A stretch of DNA of 41,990 nt from a virus (Duplodnaviria > Caudoviricetes), in the IMG/VR virus record IMGVR_UViG_3300030095_005053, positions 1 through 41,990 of that record, one strand, 5' to 3'. Below, piece by piece: positions 32,101-41,988 of the stretch (its first letter is position 1; each line of letters opens with the position of its first letter). The notes beneath the pieces are model-generated. The model did no database searches. It saw only the letters and a program-made list of their open reading frames with translations, and was not told where the DNA came from. Position numbers and translations under genes: made by a program.

Positions 32101-34247
32101 TACCCGATCCGCCAGTTTGTTCCATCGCTGTAGACGGGCACGGCATTAGCCCCACCACCGGCAACAACCGAAGCAAATGTCGTTGCCGTGGCGTTGGTCA
32201 CAAAATGCCGCGCGCCTTGGCCTGCTGTGCCCGCCGCCGGTAGGCTGGCAACCGCGACCGGCACCACACGTTGCGGAAGGGTCGTATTGAAACGCGTTGC
32301 ATCCATCCGACCAATTTCAGTCCCGCCCGCCAAGCCGCCCTCAGTGTCGGTGACGTCCTTCATCCAGCGGATATACCCGCCGCTTTCAAAGGTATGCGTG
32401 ACAGATGTTTCCCCGCCGACCACAGCGTTGCCTTTTAGGGCAATGTCGCTTTCCGTCGCCGCCGTTCTTGCCGTGATGACCAGACCAGCGCCAGCGCGGT
32501 TTGACGGCCCAATAGTAACAGGGCTGCGAGCCACCCACCGGCCCGGATAGGTTGCGCTTTCATCATTGCCAGACACTACGACATTAGGGCCGGCAGAAAT
32601 TGGAGCGGTTCTTGCGGTGTTGAAAATGTTATCAGACACAACGCCTTTAAGCGTGGCGTTTCTAATGGCAACAACCTCTTCGCCACCGTCGTCCCATCCA
32701 CCAGCAATGGTATTGTCAGAAACTTTTACCGCCGTGCCGATCAGATCAAAGGCTCTCGGCGCGTTTGTGCGCCCACCAAGAATACCCTCGTCCATGATCT
32801 GACAATCGGTAACTTGGACATTCTGGATTTTTGTGTGTTTGTCCGCTTCGGTTATCGCATTGTTGTAAGTGTCAAAAATGCGCCCGCTGTAGTCTTGGAT
32901 TTCCACTCCGTCAAAGATAATATCCTTGATCGTCCCGATGCCCGCCACATCTGCGGAAACATTCGAAATCTTGAGCGCCTGCGTCCCGACACGAATAATG
33001 CCACCGTTGACATAGATACCCTCAATGCGGATTGTGTCGCCGTTCGTATCCGGGTCAGACCCTTCAATGAACAGAAATTCAGTGTTCCCGGTCGCGCCCC
33101 CGTCGAAGTAAACGCCATTGAAAGCGATCTGGAATATCGCGGTTTGGTTCCCGGTATTGTTTGGGCAGATGTGAACTTTGCGCTTGCAGAAATTATAGTG
33201 ACCGCCCGTCACGGTTAGCTGGTCAACACCCTCAAGACGGAAAGCGGTTTGGAAATCCGGTGCCCCGTCAGCTTCACAGGCTATAAATTCGTTGCCGAAG
33301 CTGTTTGTATATGTGCTATCGGTCAACGTGAAAAGAACATTGGCCTCTTGCGCCCCGCGCTTCCCGTTCCGATGATAATTCTGATAGAACTTGTTTGTGG
33401 GCGCACCCTCAAGGCGAATATGGTTGGTGTAGCTGTCAAAGGTGATGTGCGAAAAGCCGCTATAAGTCACGCGCTTGAGCGTCAAGGCGGTGGCATCGTC
33501 TGCCAATGTCTGACCAGTGACGCGAATTGAGAAATCACGGGCGATACCGTGCATCAATGGAAACTGACCAGCCGCCGCCGCGTTGTCAATGATGATGCCG
33601 CTTGCCGTTGTGTCAAGCTGCACAAACACGGTCAGTTCACGGCCCGCGCCGATAAGTGCGAACCCCTCAAATGAGCCTGTCGTGTTGCTGCCCAGCAATT
33701 CAAGCGGTCCAGTGTGCGCGTATTCATGGGGGAAGAATTTGAGATACTTGGAGTATGCCCACGCGGCAAGAATAGCGTCCGTCATATCCGTTGTGCCGGG
33801 GGCGGCGTTATCTTTCCAGTGCTCAGGGTATGTATCGCCGAACGGTTTCCACCCGACCGGAAGCCCGTCAATAGCGGCGCTATCGTCTGCTTGGAACTGG
33901 ACGGGACCGGCATTAATAACTGTGCCATTGGTCGCGGTGTAGCCTGCGGTAACTGTGAAAAAAAACTCCGCAACAGTCTCAAAATCTCGCACGTCGCGGA
34001 ACTTCTGGTTTTCAATCTTGAACGTCGCAGCGCCAAGAGCCGCGAAAATATCATAGAAGCCATTCGGAGCCGCAAAGGCAATCTGCCCGTTCGCGTCGGT
34101 TTTCAAAAGCTCCAAGTCTGTTATTTGATCCCCGTCCTCGTCAAAAACCGCAATTTCCGTTACCGTGTTGCGTATACGGGCGCGCACATCGGCGTTTCGG
34201 ACCGCGTTCCCGAGCCTGTCTCGGAATGTGAAGGTTTTGAACTGCAT
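32100..34247 (-). CDS. Tailspike with parallel beta-helix (pectate lyase-like) domain
   Basis: GTTDMTDAILAAW cap, repeated beta-helix rungs (VSDNTI, VSDNIF, VSGND), C-terminal YSDGTNWRIG. Confidence 0.75.
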   Translation of the reverse strand: MQFKTFTFRDRLGNAVRNADVRARIRNTVTEIAVFDEDGDQITDLELLKTDANGQIAFAAPNGFYDIFAALGAATFKIENQKFRDVRDFETVAEFFFTVTAGYTATNGTVINAGPVQFQADDSAAIDGLPVGWKPFGDTYPEHWKDNAAPGTTDMTDAILAAWAYSKYLKFFPHEYAHTGPLELLGSNTTGSFEGFALIGAGRELTVFVQLDTTASGIIIDNAAAAGQFPLMHGIARDFSIRVTGQTLADDATALTLKRVTYSGFSHITFDSYTNHIRLEGAPTNKFYQNYHRNGKRGAQEANVLFTLTDSTYTNSFGNEFIACEADGAPDFQTAFRLEGVDQLTVTGGHYNFCKRKVHICPNNTGNQTAIFQIAFNGVYFDGGATGNTEFLFIEGSDPDTNGDTIRIEGIYVNGGIIRVGTQALKISNVSADVAGIGTIKDIIFDGVEIQDYSGRIFDTYNNAITEADKHTKIQNVQVTDCQIMDEGILGGRTNAPRAFDLIGTAVKVSDNTIAGGWDDGGEEVVAIRNATLKGVVSDNIFNTARTAPISAGPNVVVSGNDESATYPGRWVARSPVTIGPSNRAGAGLVITARTAATESDIALKGNAVVGGETSVTHTFESGGYIRWMKDVTDTEGGLAGGTEIGRMDATRFNTTLPQRVVPVAVASLPAAGTAGQGARHFVTNATATTFASVVAGGGANAVPVYSDGTNWRIG

Positions 34248-34263
34248 GGCCTATTCCTCTCGA

Positions 34264-34605
34264 TCAGGCTTCTATTTGCATCGCGGCGCGAAACAGATCA
34301 TCAATGTCGGTTGCTGAGAACGGCGGATCAGCCGCCGGGGCCAATGCCGCTATCGTGGGGCTGTTGCGCGGGAACTGCGTTGCGCGGTCCCATGCGATTT
34401 GCACGGTTTCACTTGCCGCCGCGACAATAGCCTCGACCTCAGCCAACCGGCCAATCGCCAAGAGCGCTAGTCTGATTTGCATCGGGCTTGCCACCATTGC
34501 CGCGCGCCCTTGTTCAAGCGCCTGCTCTGGCGTCACGTAGGACGGCGCGGCCTCGTCAAGCGTGGTGACGGTTCCGGTCTGCACATTGATCTTGGTAATG
34601 GTCAT
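34264..34605 (-). CDS. Tail fiber-associated small protein (chaperone-like)
   Basis: ASPMQIRLAL...IAWDRATQFPRNSP...IDDLFRAA. Confidence 0.6.
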   Translation of the reverse strand: MTITKINVQTGTVTTLDEAAPSYVTPEQALEQGRAAMVASPMQIRLALLAIGRLAEVEAIVAAASETVQIAWDRATQFPRNSPTIAALAPAADPPFSATDIDDLFRAAMQIEA

Positions 34606-35648
34606 CAGCGGTATCCTATCCGAATTGCGCCTGCATCAAAAGTATCGGTTCCCGTGCGCGTGATCCTAACGCGGTTGACGGCCAATGCGAACGCTTGCGT
34701 ATCGCCTGCGCCGATTGATACCGTGGACCCGGCAGGGGCGTTTCGCATCGTGTGGCTTGCCGCCCATAGGTTGCTTTCCATGCGCGTGATCGTCATGTGA
34801 CCCGTTAGTGCGTTTCCCGCGCCGATAGCGCGAACGATCAGACCTGCGGTGCTGACTACGCCACTGCTGCCCGCATTGAGTGAAGCGCTGTCATATCCAG
34901 ACGCACCAATTCCGCCTGCCGTGCCAAGCTGCACAAGAACATCATCGGTCCCGCTTAGGCTCACCCCGTCAAAGACAATGATAATCTCAGAGACTGTCGT
35001 GGGGATGTCCTCGAAATCAAACGCCGTTCCGGTTGTGGTGGCAACTTGCGCAGGAAAAATAAGTTTTGCAGCGGCAATAGAAGCATCCACATAAACCTTC
35101 GTGCTTTGCTGCGAAGGCGGTCGAGCCGCGCTGTTTGTCGCAAAATCATCCTCGTCTAGAACCTGACCGCGAACATAGGCCGTTGTAGCAATTTGCGTGT
35201 TGCTTGTTCCCGACCCCGCCGTCGGCGCGGTTGGGACGCCAGTGAACGCAGGTGAGGCTTTGGGCGCGCGCGTGTTAACGTCTGTTTGAACGTGTTCAAT
35301 TGCGCTTTGCACGTTGGTTTCTGGAATATCAACCGTTGGCGAAAACGTGACGTTTCCCGCCGCGCTAGATGATGTCGGAACGATAAAGAAGTTATCGCTT
35401 GGGAACCCCGGCAAAGACACGCCCGCCGGTGTTCTTATGTCCACCTTCAACGGGCTGTTTGTAAAGGTCGCAGAAAACACGCCAGCGCTATCGGACGCCA
35501 GTGACGTGCCGATTGATGTAGACCCCGCCGGGTCGCTGTAAACCGTGAGTGGTGTTGTTGTGCCGATAGCAAAGAAATACGCAACCGCACCCGGCACAAT
35601 ATCGCCATTGCTATCTAGGGCGCGAGGTAGGATGATACGGTCTGCCAT
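34605..35648 (-). CDS. Tail fiber / spike adaptor with head-binding-like N-terminus
   Basis: DSNGDIVPGAVAYFFAIGTTTPLTVYSD; SPAFTGVPTAPTA...TQIATTAYV repeat. Confidence 0.7.
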   Translation of the reverse strand: MADRIILPRALDSNGDIVPGAVAYFFAIGTTTPLTVYSDPAGSTSIGTSLASDSAGVFSATFTNSPLKVDIRTPAGVSLPGFPSDNFFIVPTSSSAAGNVTFSPTVDIPETNVQSAIEHVQTDVNTRAPKASPAFTGVPTAPTAGSGTSNTQIATTAYVRGQVLDEDDFATNSAARPPSQQSTKVYVDASIAAAKLIFPAQVATTTGTAFDFEDIPTTVSEIIIVFDGVSLSGTDDVLVQLGTAGGIGASGYDSASLNAGSSGVVSTAGLIVRAIGAGNALTGHMTITRMESNLWAASHTMRNAPAGSTVSIGAGDTQAFALAVNRVRITRTGTDTFDAGAIRIGYR

Positions 35649-35652
35649 GTTA

Positions 35653-35693
35653 TTGCCTCTGGTTTTTGCCCATATTAAGGTCTATTTTAGACC
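35653..35693 (+). promoter_or_regulatory. Promoter with palindrome over the start site
   Basis: TTGCCT-N17-TAAGGT; GGTCTA-TTT-TAGACC. Confidence 0.55.
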
Positions 35694-35708
35694 AGAAAGG
35701 AACAAGTA

Positions 35709-35927
35709 ATGCGCTCAATCGCCGTGAATGTTGCCGTCATCATCGTTTTACTCTGCGCGCCCGTATTCTTGGGCGGTCTTGCTTGGGGCTTCTACCTTAT
35801 ATCAACTGTTGCGCCCCTTTGGGTATTTATCATCATCGGCCTTAGCGCGTTTGTAGTCGCTCTAGGCTTTGCAAGCCTCCTTGACCAACGGAACCCGCTC
35901 CCACCCCCGCCACGACGCGACCGATAA
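35709..35927 (+). CDS. Two-TM membrane protein opposing the tail operon (superinfection-exclusion candidate)
   Basis: AAGGA RBS, own promoter, lies next to last ejection gene. Confidence 0.6.
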   Translation: MRSIAVNVAVIIVLLCAPVFLGGLAWGFYLISTVAPLWVFIIIGLSAFVVALGFASLLDQRNPLPPPPRRDR

Positions 35928-37959
35928 GCTGCGCCTCTGTATCCTTGATCGGCTGGCCCGCAAGCGCCACTCTGACCAGATCAAGCGCCCGCTCTGCCTC
36001 CGGCCCGCGAACACGCGTAAGAGCATCCGCGATTTCATCGAATATCGCCTTTTCACGGCCCGACATGGTGCGCGGATCAATGCCCGCAATTTCCTCTGTG
36101 ATCGTTTGCGCCGCCTCAAGCGGGTTGCCCCCCCGCCCAAGCGTGCGCCGCAATAGGCTAGGCGTTGCTTCTGCCTTTACCTGACCCTGAATGGATTGTC
36201 GAATTGCCGTATCGGAATTGCGAGACACCGCGTCCCGTAGCGCCAAAGCCGCCGCCGATCTATCCAATTCGTCTAGCAATGCTTTTGCCTTTGTGTCGCC
36301 AAGGATCAACTTCAACTTGTCCTTGTTTGCACGGCTGGACATTTCTTTGACTGCCTGCATCGCCTCTCTGGCGTCAATATCAGGGTCAGAGATAGTCCGG
36401 CGCACGTTGGACAAGGTATCCTCAATTGCGGCCCGAATGCCCTGCCGTGCAGCGGCGCGGCTTTCCTTTGATAGCCCCTGTTTGACAAAATCGCGCACAT
36501 CCTCGACTTTTGTTCCCTTGAACAAAAGTTTGCGCCCCAAGTCCAATGCGTTGTCACTCTGGATTTTATCGCCACCGATTTTCAGTGCCTTGAGGTAGTC
36601 CGGCACCGCATCTCCAATGGCCCCGCGCAGATCACGCGCTAGACGCCCCGCCCGCAGTCCTTGGGCATTGGGCCGCCCGAACTGGTCAACCGCGTCACGC
36701 GCCACGCCATCAAGCGCCATCTTCAATTCGTGCAACTGGCGCACGTTTGGCATTTCCCGAAACGTCACGCTGCCATCGTCGGCGATATCAGCCAAGATTT
36801 GCAGGTTCTTTTCCCCCGCCTCGGCCATAGCCTCGTTAGCCTCTTTGATTGCGGTCTGCATGGTGTTTGGCGGCACGCGCTCTAGCACGCCCTCAATCTT
36901 GCGCCCAGGCCCTGCGTAGTCAATTGGCTGAGAAAAGGCACGGTCAAACGCAGCCTTGCGCGCCGGGGCCGTGGTCTGCGCGATTTGCCGTGCGGCCTGT
37001 TTTGTGCCAATCGGTGCGCCGAGAATATCGTCCAACTTTTGCGGCAACCTTTGGCCAAGACGCTCAGACCTTTCCGTTACCGCCTCACGCGTCACGCGCA
37101 ACGCCTGCCCGCCTGTAGCACTTGCCGAATTCAAAAGCTGCCCCGTTGCCGGTCCAGCATCTGCAAGGAAAGCATCGTCGCCCAATTCACGCAGCCGCGA
37201 AACAGCCGTATCCAGATCGTCATTCAAAAGCGCGTTCTTGATCGTGCGCGCAGCTGGGGCAGATACGCCGAATTCATCGGCAATCGTTTTCACATCAAGC
37301 CGTTTGATCCGCTTGGCAAGGGATGCAACGCCCTCACCAATCAACGGGGCTGTTGCACCCAAGACGCCACCCAACGTGCCGCCAACTACAGCGCCCGTTG
37401 TGGCCCCGCCTACGCGGTCCCCATCGTTTGCCCTGCCAGCCCCTGCAATGGCACCCTCAGTCGCTCCAGCGCCTGCCCCAATGGCTGCACCGCGCAATAC
37501 TCGACCTGTGCGCGTAGCGGCCTGCATCGCTGCCCCTGTGCCAGCGATTGCGGCTGGCAGGCTTCCCACGATCCCGCCGCCGATTTCCGCAACCAATGAC
37601 GACTTGGGATATTCCCGCTCTGTCGCGGCCTGCAATGCTCTGAGCCTGTCGCCTTGGCCGGGATTGATCGCGTTGAACGCCTCATCGACAAATTCGCCAA
37701 TGATCGGCACGCCTTGAACGCCCTTAGCCACAAGACCGCCCGCCGCCCCGCCCATCTGGGAAAGCGTCATTTGATCCTCTGCCCGCTGGCTTAGCGCCGA
37801 TGCACGGTCAAGCGTTTCGGGGTCAGCTTGCAATGTGCCAGCCTTTGCCGCTTCAACACGTTCCCGCATACCCATGCGCTCAGGCTGATCCAGTCCCGCG
37901 CTAAGCGTCAATTGAAGCTGTAGGGCCAGGGCGCGCTTGCGTTTTTCGTCTGACATCAC
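35842..37959 (-). CDS. Large DNA ejection protein (P22 gp16 position)
   Basis: 705 aa, helical, Gly/Ala-rich hydrophobic stretch. Confidence 0.65.
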   Translation of the reverse strand: MMSDEKRKRALALQLQLTLSAGLDQPERMGMRERVEAAKAGTLQADPETLDRASALSQRAEDQMTLSQMGGAAGGLVAKGVQGVPIIGEFVDEAFNAINPGQGDRLRALQAATEREYPKSSLVAEIGGGIVGSLPAAIAGTGAAMQAATRTGRVLRGAAIGAGAGATEGAIAGAGRANDGDRVGGATTGAVVGGTLGGVLGATAPLIGEGVASLAKRIKRLDVKTIADEFGVSAPAARTIKNALLNDDLDTAVSRLRELGDDAFLADAGPATGQLLNSASATGGQALRVTREAVTERSERLGQRLPQKLDDILGAPIGTKQAARQIAQTTAPARKAAFDRAFSQPIDYAGPGRKIEGVLERVPPNTMQTAIKEANEAMAEAGEKNLQILADIADDGSVTFREMPNVRQLHELKMALDGVARDAVDQFGRPNAQGLRAGRLARDLRGAIGDAVPDYLKALKIGGDKIQSDNALDLGRKLLFKGTKVEDVRDFVKQGLSKESRAAARQGIRAAIEDTLSNVRRTISDPDIDAREAMQAVKEMSSRANKDKLKLILGDTKAKALLDELDRSAAALALRDAVSRNSDTAIRQSIQGQVKAEATPSLLRRTLGRGGNPLEAAQTITEEIAGIDPRTMSGREKAIFDEIADALTRVRGPEAERALDLVRVALAGQPIKDTEAQLIGRVVAGVGAGSVGQGGLQSLERLQTR

Positions 37960-39248
37960 TGCCCCCTCGCCGCTTGCATGGCCTCTAGGAACGCATCTAA
38001 CCCCGCCTCATCAAGCGTGGTCACGTCAACCTTTGCCAGATCGGCGATGCCCATGTTTGTGAAGTCCTGACCGGACTGCGATTGCTGCCCACCGCCAACG
38101 CCGCGCGGGTTTGATGGTGCGGGCGTTGTGCCTGCCCCTTGCGTGCCCTGCCTCTGCGCACCTTTGACAAGAGCCTGATCGACCACAAGCTGTTGCAATG
38201 GCGACATGCCAGCCTCGATAGCATCAACCGCACGAGCGCGGGCGTTGCGCTTTGCCTCTAGAACTTCATCCTGATCCCCCGGCTGCGGCAAATACGTGAT
38301 GCCATAAAGTTCTTGCTCAGCCGGTGTAATTGCCGCACCTGTGTCTTTGCGCAGAATAGCTTGCAGAAACTCATCGCCTGCCTGTTTCGCCACTTGGAAA
38401 TCAGCGTCTTGGAATTCACGGCCAATACCACCGGGGACCACCTCAGCAATGCGATTGCCACGGCTCACAAGAGCCCCTGCGACCGGCTCCAGCACCTCCA
38501 AAGCACCTTTCGCGCGGGTCACAAACACGTTGTCCTTGCTCTGCCCCTCAGTGAACTTGATATTCTTTGCAGCATCGCCCTCTGCAAAGATAGGCTTGTT
38601 ATCCGGCCCCATGATCACGCGACTTGCCTCTGTCTTGCCGCCCGTCCGCATGAATTCTTGAAACTCCGGCGTTCCCGGTTGCAATCCAGCCTCTTGCGCT
38701 CTGATCCGAAGCGAACGAACTGCGGTAGGTTCTTCCGGCCCTTCGTCTGCATCAAGGATTTCCGCCGCCGTCATATACTGGCGCATCAGCATGTCGCGGT
38801 TTTCAAACTGCCCGACCAAATCAGTCTGGCCTAGCCCCTGCATCAACTGGTCCCATTGCTGAGGCGTTTGGGCCTTGCTGCCCATAAACACGCCCTTCTT
38901 GATTTCCGCAGCCTCTGCCGCTGCTTGTTCACGGGAAATCTGTGACTTGTATTCACGCACGCGCATGCCGAATTCCTGTTCACGCATCGCAAGCCCGCTT
39001 TCCGCCATGCGGTTATCCTGCAACGTGTTCTGCACGCCAAGCGCCAGCGTCGGGTCTTGTTGCGCCAAGACATTCAGCGCGTTCTGATCCCCCGCCAAGA
39101 TGCCCGGCCCGTATTGCTTATACGTTTGCGCCAAGGCGTTTTGACGCTGGTTTGCATTTGCCAGCGATGCCGCCTGCGTCGAACGCGCCAACGTGTTGAC
39201 CGTATCGGGAACCTGACCGGCTAGAATTATTCTCGGATCAAGAGCCAT
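37956..39248 (-). CDS. DNA ejection protein (P22 gp20 position)
   Basis: MALDPRIILAGQ...FLQAILRKDTGAAI. Confidence 0.65.
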   Translation of the reverse strand: MALDPRIILAGQVPDTVNTLARSTQAASLANANQRQNALAQTYKQYGPGILAGDQNALNVLAQQDPTLALGVQNTLQDNRMAESGLAMREQEFGMRVREYKSQISREQAAAEAAEIKKGVFMGSKAQTPQQWDQLMQGLGQTDLVGQFENRDMLMRQYMTAAEILDADEGPEEPTAVRSLRIRAQEAGLQPGTPEFQEFMRTGGKTEASRVIMGPDNKPIFAEGDAAKNIKFTEGQSKDNVFVTRAKGALEVLEPVAGALVSRGNRIAEVVPGGIGREFQDADFQVAKQAGDEFLQAILRKDTGAAITPAEQELYGITYLPQPGDQDEVLEAKRNARARAVDAIEAGMSPLQQLVVDQALVKGAQRQGTQGAGTTPAPSNPRGVGGGQQSQSGQDFTNMGIADLAKVDVTTLDEAGLDAFLEAMQAARGQ

Positions 39249-39257
39249 GGGTTTTCC

Positions 39258-39821
39258 TTAAGTAAATGCGAGACGGTTGACGGGGCGTTGTTCACGCTGG
39301 AAAGCGCGCGGATCGAGTAGGTTTGCGACGGGGCGTTGCGGCTCTTTCTTTTCGGCCAAAGCGTTTTCGCGCTCTTGCCGCGGTCTGCCACCGGGCTGCG
39401 ATGAAGGCATGCCAGACATGCCAGCCGACATCGGGCCAGACCGCCCAAGCGCATTGGAAAACTTGCCTGTATAATCCGCTACAGACGTTCCTAGAACGTC
39501 CTTGCGCCCCATCTTTCCAACGCCACCCGGCCCCGCGAACCAAGCCTGTGCGGCCCCTTCCGGACCGTAGTTTTGAACATACGATCCGAATTTGTGGTCA
39601 AAGATAGCGTCCTGCAATTCAGGGTTTTGCAAGAATTCATCCGGGCTTACCTCATAGCCAAGCGCCTCGCGCGACCAGACAGGGATATTGGCCTCCATGA
39701 TCTGATAGCGGCCTAGCGCCCGCCCAAGCCGTTTGTTCGTCGGGCCAACGGCGGTATAATCCCCGCTGCCCGCGCTCTCGATTGAGGCTATCGCGTCCCT
39801 GTATTGCCGCATATCCATCAC
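39258..39821 (-). CDS. Virion-associated lysozyme-like / lytic transglycosylase
   Basis: AIASIESAGSGDY...ALGRYQIM...AQAWFAGPG. Confidence 0.75.
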   Translation of the reverse strand: MMDMRQYRDAIASIESAGSGDYTAVGPTNKRLGRALGRYQIMEANIPVWSREALGYEVSPDEFLQNPELQDAIFDHKFGSYVQNYGPEGAAQAWFAGPGGVGKMGRKDVLGTSVADYTGKFSNALGRSGPMSAGMSGMPSSQPGGRPRQERENALAEKKEPQRPVANLLDPRAFQREQRPVNRLAFT

Positions 39822-40723
39822 GAAAGCCCCAGAGAATTAGCGCTGCCCGGTGCAGACCCCGTGAACAGGCTAAACAACCCGCCAACCCCGCTTTGCGCCT
39901 TGTTCGCATTGGCAAGCTGGTTCTGGTAGTTAAACCCGCCGATTGCATTGTTGATCCCGGCGTTGATCGCATTGGCGGAACCAATAGCCCCAGCCGATTG
40001 CGCATTGCCGATGCCTGACAAAGCATTGCCAGCGCCTGCCGCAAAGTTACTGCCAGCCGTCGCTTGGTTCCCAGCCGCAGCTTGCCCCGATGATGCTTGC
40101 CCGGTCAGGCGGTTCAGGAAGTTGTTGTATTCCTGATTTGCCAGCCCCGTGCCGAATTGCTGCGCTGCTTTCATCGTCGCGCCAGAGAACACATTACCCC
40201 GGCTTGCCGCGCTGTTGTCAATCGCCGCTAGACCTTGATCTAGGTTGAACTGATACCCCGGCGTTGCCTTGAAGCCGCCATATTCTGTGCCGCCTGTCGG
40301 GTTTGCCGCCGCGTATTCATCCGCAGCTTCACGGCTGTCAAAGACCTGTTCGCCCACACGATACCTTGTCGTCGTGACCGGCCCAGCGTCTTTAAAACCT
40401 ACAATGCCTTCACGTTGACCGCCTTCATATGTGAAGGGCTGCAATCCCTTGCTGGGCTGCGTGTCTTGAAACTCCACAACCTGTTGCGGATCGCCGCCAA
40501 ACGTGGGCCGATCTGCCAACCCCAACTCAAACGCCAAGGCATTCTGAGCATCTAAGCCAATGCCATAGAACGGCTGGAACCGCTCGACGTTCTCGTCATA
40601 GATGCGGGTCTCTAGGGCAAGCTGCTCGCGTGCGGCCTGCTCTTGCGCCTTGGATGCATCCTTAGCGCCCTTGTTGCCGATGATACCGCCGACAATTCCG
40701 CCGATTGCGCCGCCTAATCCCAT
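39818..40723 (-). CDS. DNA transfer/ejection protein (P22 gp7-like)
   Basis: Gly-rich N-terminus; TPGYQFNLDQG...SAASRG...SGATMKA. Confidence 0.75.
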   Translation of the reverse strand: MGLGGAIGGIVGGIIGNKGAKDASKAQEQAAREQLALETRIYDENVERFQPFYGIGLDAQNALAFELGLADRPTFGGDPQQVVEFQDTQPSKGLQPFTYEGGQREGIVGFKDAGPVTTTRYRVGEQVFDSREAADEYAAANPTGGTEYGGFKATPGYQFNLDQGLAAIDNSAASRGNVFSGATMKAAQQFGTGLANQEYNNFLNRLTGQASSGQAAAGNQATAGSNFAAGAGNALSGIGNAQSAGAIGSANAINAGINNAIGGFNYQNQLANANKAQSGVGGLFSLFTGSAPGSANSLGLS

Positions 40724-41106
40724 GGTTTCCACTCCTGCATTATGACTGTCCCGCTCGGCAGGATCATCCGCCCATGTTCAACAAACCCAACGCGCTTGGC
40801 AAAACTCACGGCCATTCTGTTTGCCGCGTCCGTCCAGCCAATGATTGCCTCGGGATTGTATGCATCCCAAAACGCGCGCAACATTGCCTTGGCAGGCTCA
40901 ACCGTGCGACCCCAAACTTCCGGCTTTACTGCATAGTGCGCCATGACAACCCCCGGCCAGTGTGCATCGTGAAAACAGGTGCAAACCCCGTCTTTGGCAT
41001 AGTATACCACATCTTTATCCGGTAAAGCATCCGGTGAAATCATCGCGGCCTTTTGCTGGCTTATGTGCTGGAAATACTCCCGAGCCTCATCAACCGTTAT
41101 TCTCAT
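40714..41106 (-). CDS. GNAT-fold-like virion assembly protein (P22 gp14 position)
   Basis: NRMAVSFAKRVGFVEHG. Confidence 0.65.
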   Translation of the reverse strand: MRITVDEAREYFQHISQQKAAMISPDALPDKDVVYYAKDGVCTCFHDAHWPGVVMAHYAVKPEVWGRTVEPAKAMLRAFWDAYNPEAIIGWTDAANRMAVSFAKRVGFVEHGRMILPSGTVIMQEWKPWD

Positions 41107-41264
41107 GGCTCAAGCACCACCAAGCGCGCCTCGTGGTCGTCAACCTCGGCTCTAAGCCGGATAACCTCTGCAATCAGCTTTTCCAAGAACTGCTGCGTGA
41201 TTTCCGTTGTGTGGCCGTCCTCGCGCACAAACGGCAGGTTATACTGCGGACGCTCAACCGTCAT
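41103..41264 (-). CDS. 53-aa coiled-coil protein (tail needle position; not in ORF track)
   Basis: MTVERPQYNL...VDDHEARLVVLEP; overlaps both neighbours. Confidence 0.6.
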   Translation of the reverse strand: MTVERPQYNLPFVREDGHTTEITQQFLEKLIAEVIRLRAEVDDHEARLVVLEP

Positions 41265-41890
41265 CACGTCACCTCCAGAAACATCTGAGAACTGATCGGA
41301 ATATCAACCGGAGTTGACATCGTGACTTCCGCTGTTGCGCGCCGAAAGCGCCCAAGCGCCCGCAAAGTGACCAACTTGTCATAGTCCCCATCCGCGCCGA
41401 CATCACGCCACCGCTCCCGGCCCCATGTCTGCCCACGATCCCGCGAAAACCGAAACATGATTTCAGGCGCACCGCCCGCGTCATTGCCAAACCCCGTTTG
41501 CGGTTGAAACTGTGCCCGGTTGATCGTGAACCGCTGCCCGTCATTCTCAAGCGTAGTCGATACCGCACGGCGAAACAGCGGCTCGCCCGCATCAAGGTTT
41601 GTGCGTTGCAGTCTCAGAACATCGCCAAAATCATTCCCGACATACCACGCCCCATAAGCCTGAGCCGAAGCCGTCGCGGCCCATGGCCCGAAGTCTGCCC
41701 CTTCGCACCGCTCGTGCCATTCATTGACAGACACGTCATAGCACCACGCCGGACGATCATTGAATTGCAGGACGCAAAACTTGTGCCCCTCATCCTCGTA
41801 ATAAAAGCACTTGTTTGGCTGCGATTGCTCGATTGCAGTCTCAACACCGCGCGTGGATACAGGGATCAAAGACCCCCCGGAAATCAGGTA
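41264..41890 (-). CDS. P22 gp10-like tail hub protein, 3' part (continuation of 732-1)
   Basis: YYEDEGHKFCVL...WHER...FSRDRGQTWG...RALGRFR. Confidence 0.8.
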   Translation of the reverse strand, partial: YLISGGSLIPVSTRGVETAIEQSQPNKCFYYEDEGHKFCVLQFNDRPAWCYDVSVNEWHERCEGADFGPWAATASAQAYGAWYVGNDFGDVLRLQRTNLDAGEPLFRRAVSTTLENDGQRFTINRAQFQPQTGFGNDAGGAPEIMFRFSRDRGQTWGRERWRDVGADGDYDKLVTLRALGRFRRATAEVTMSTPVDIPISSQMFLEVT

Positions 41891-41988
41891 TGCGATATTG
41901 TCATTGCCCACGAAAAACGCCCCATTGCGCATTTCGGTCAAAAGGCCAAACGCTTTCAGCCCCGTTTCAATCGCGCCGCCGGAAATCG
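41891..41988. repeat. Second copy of terminal overlap (1-98)
   Basis: Exact 98-nt match. Confidence 0.95.
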
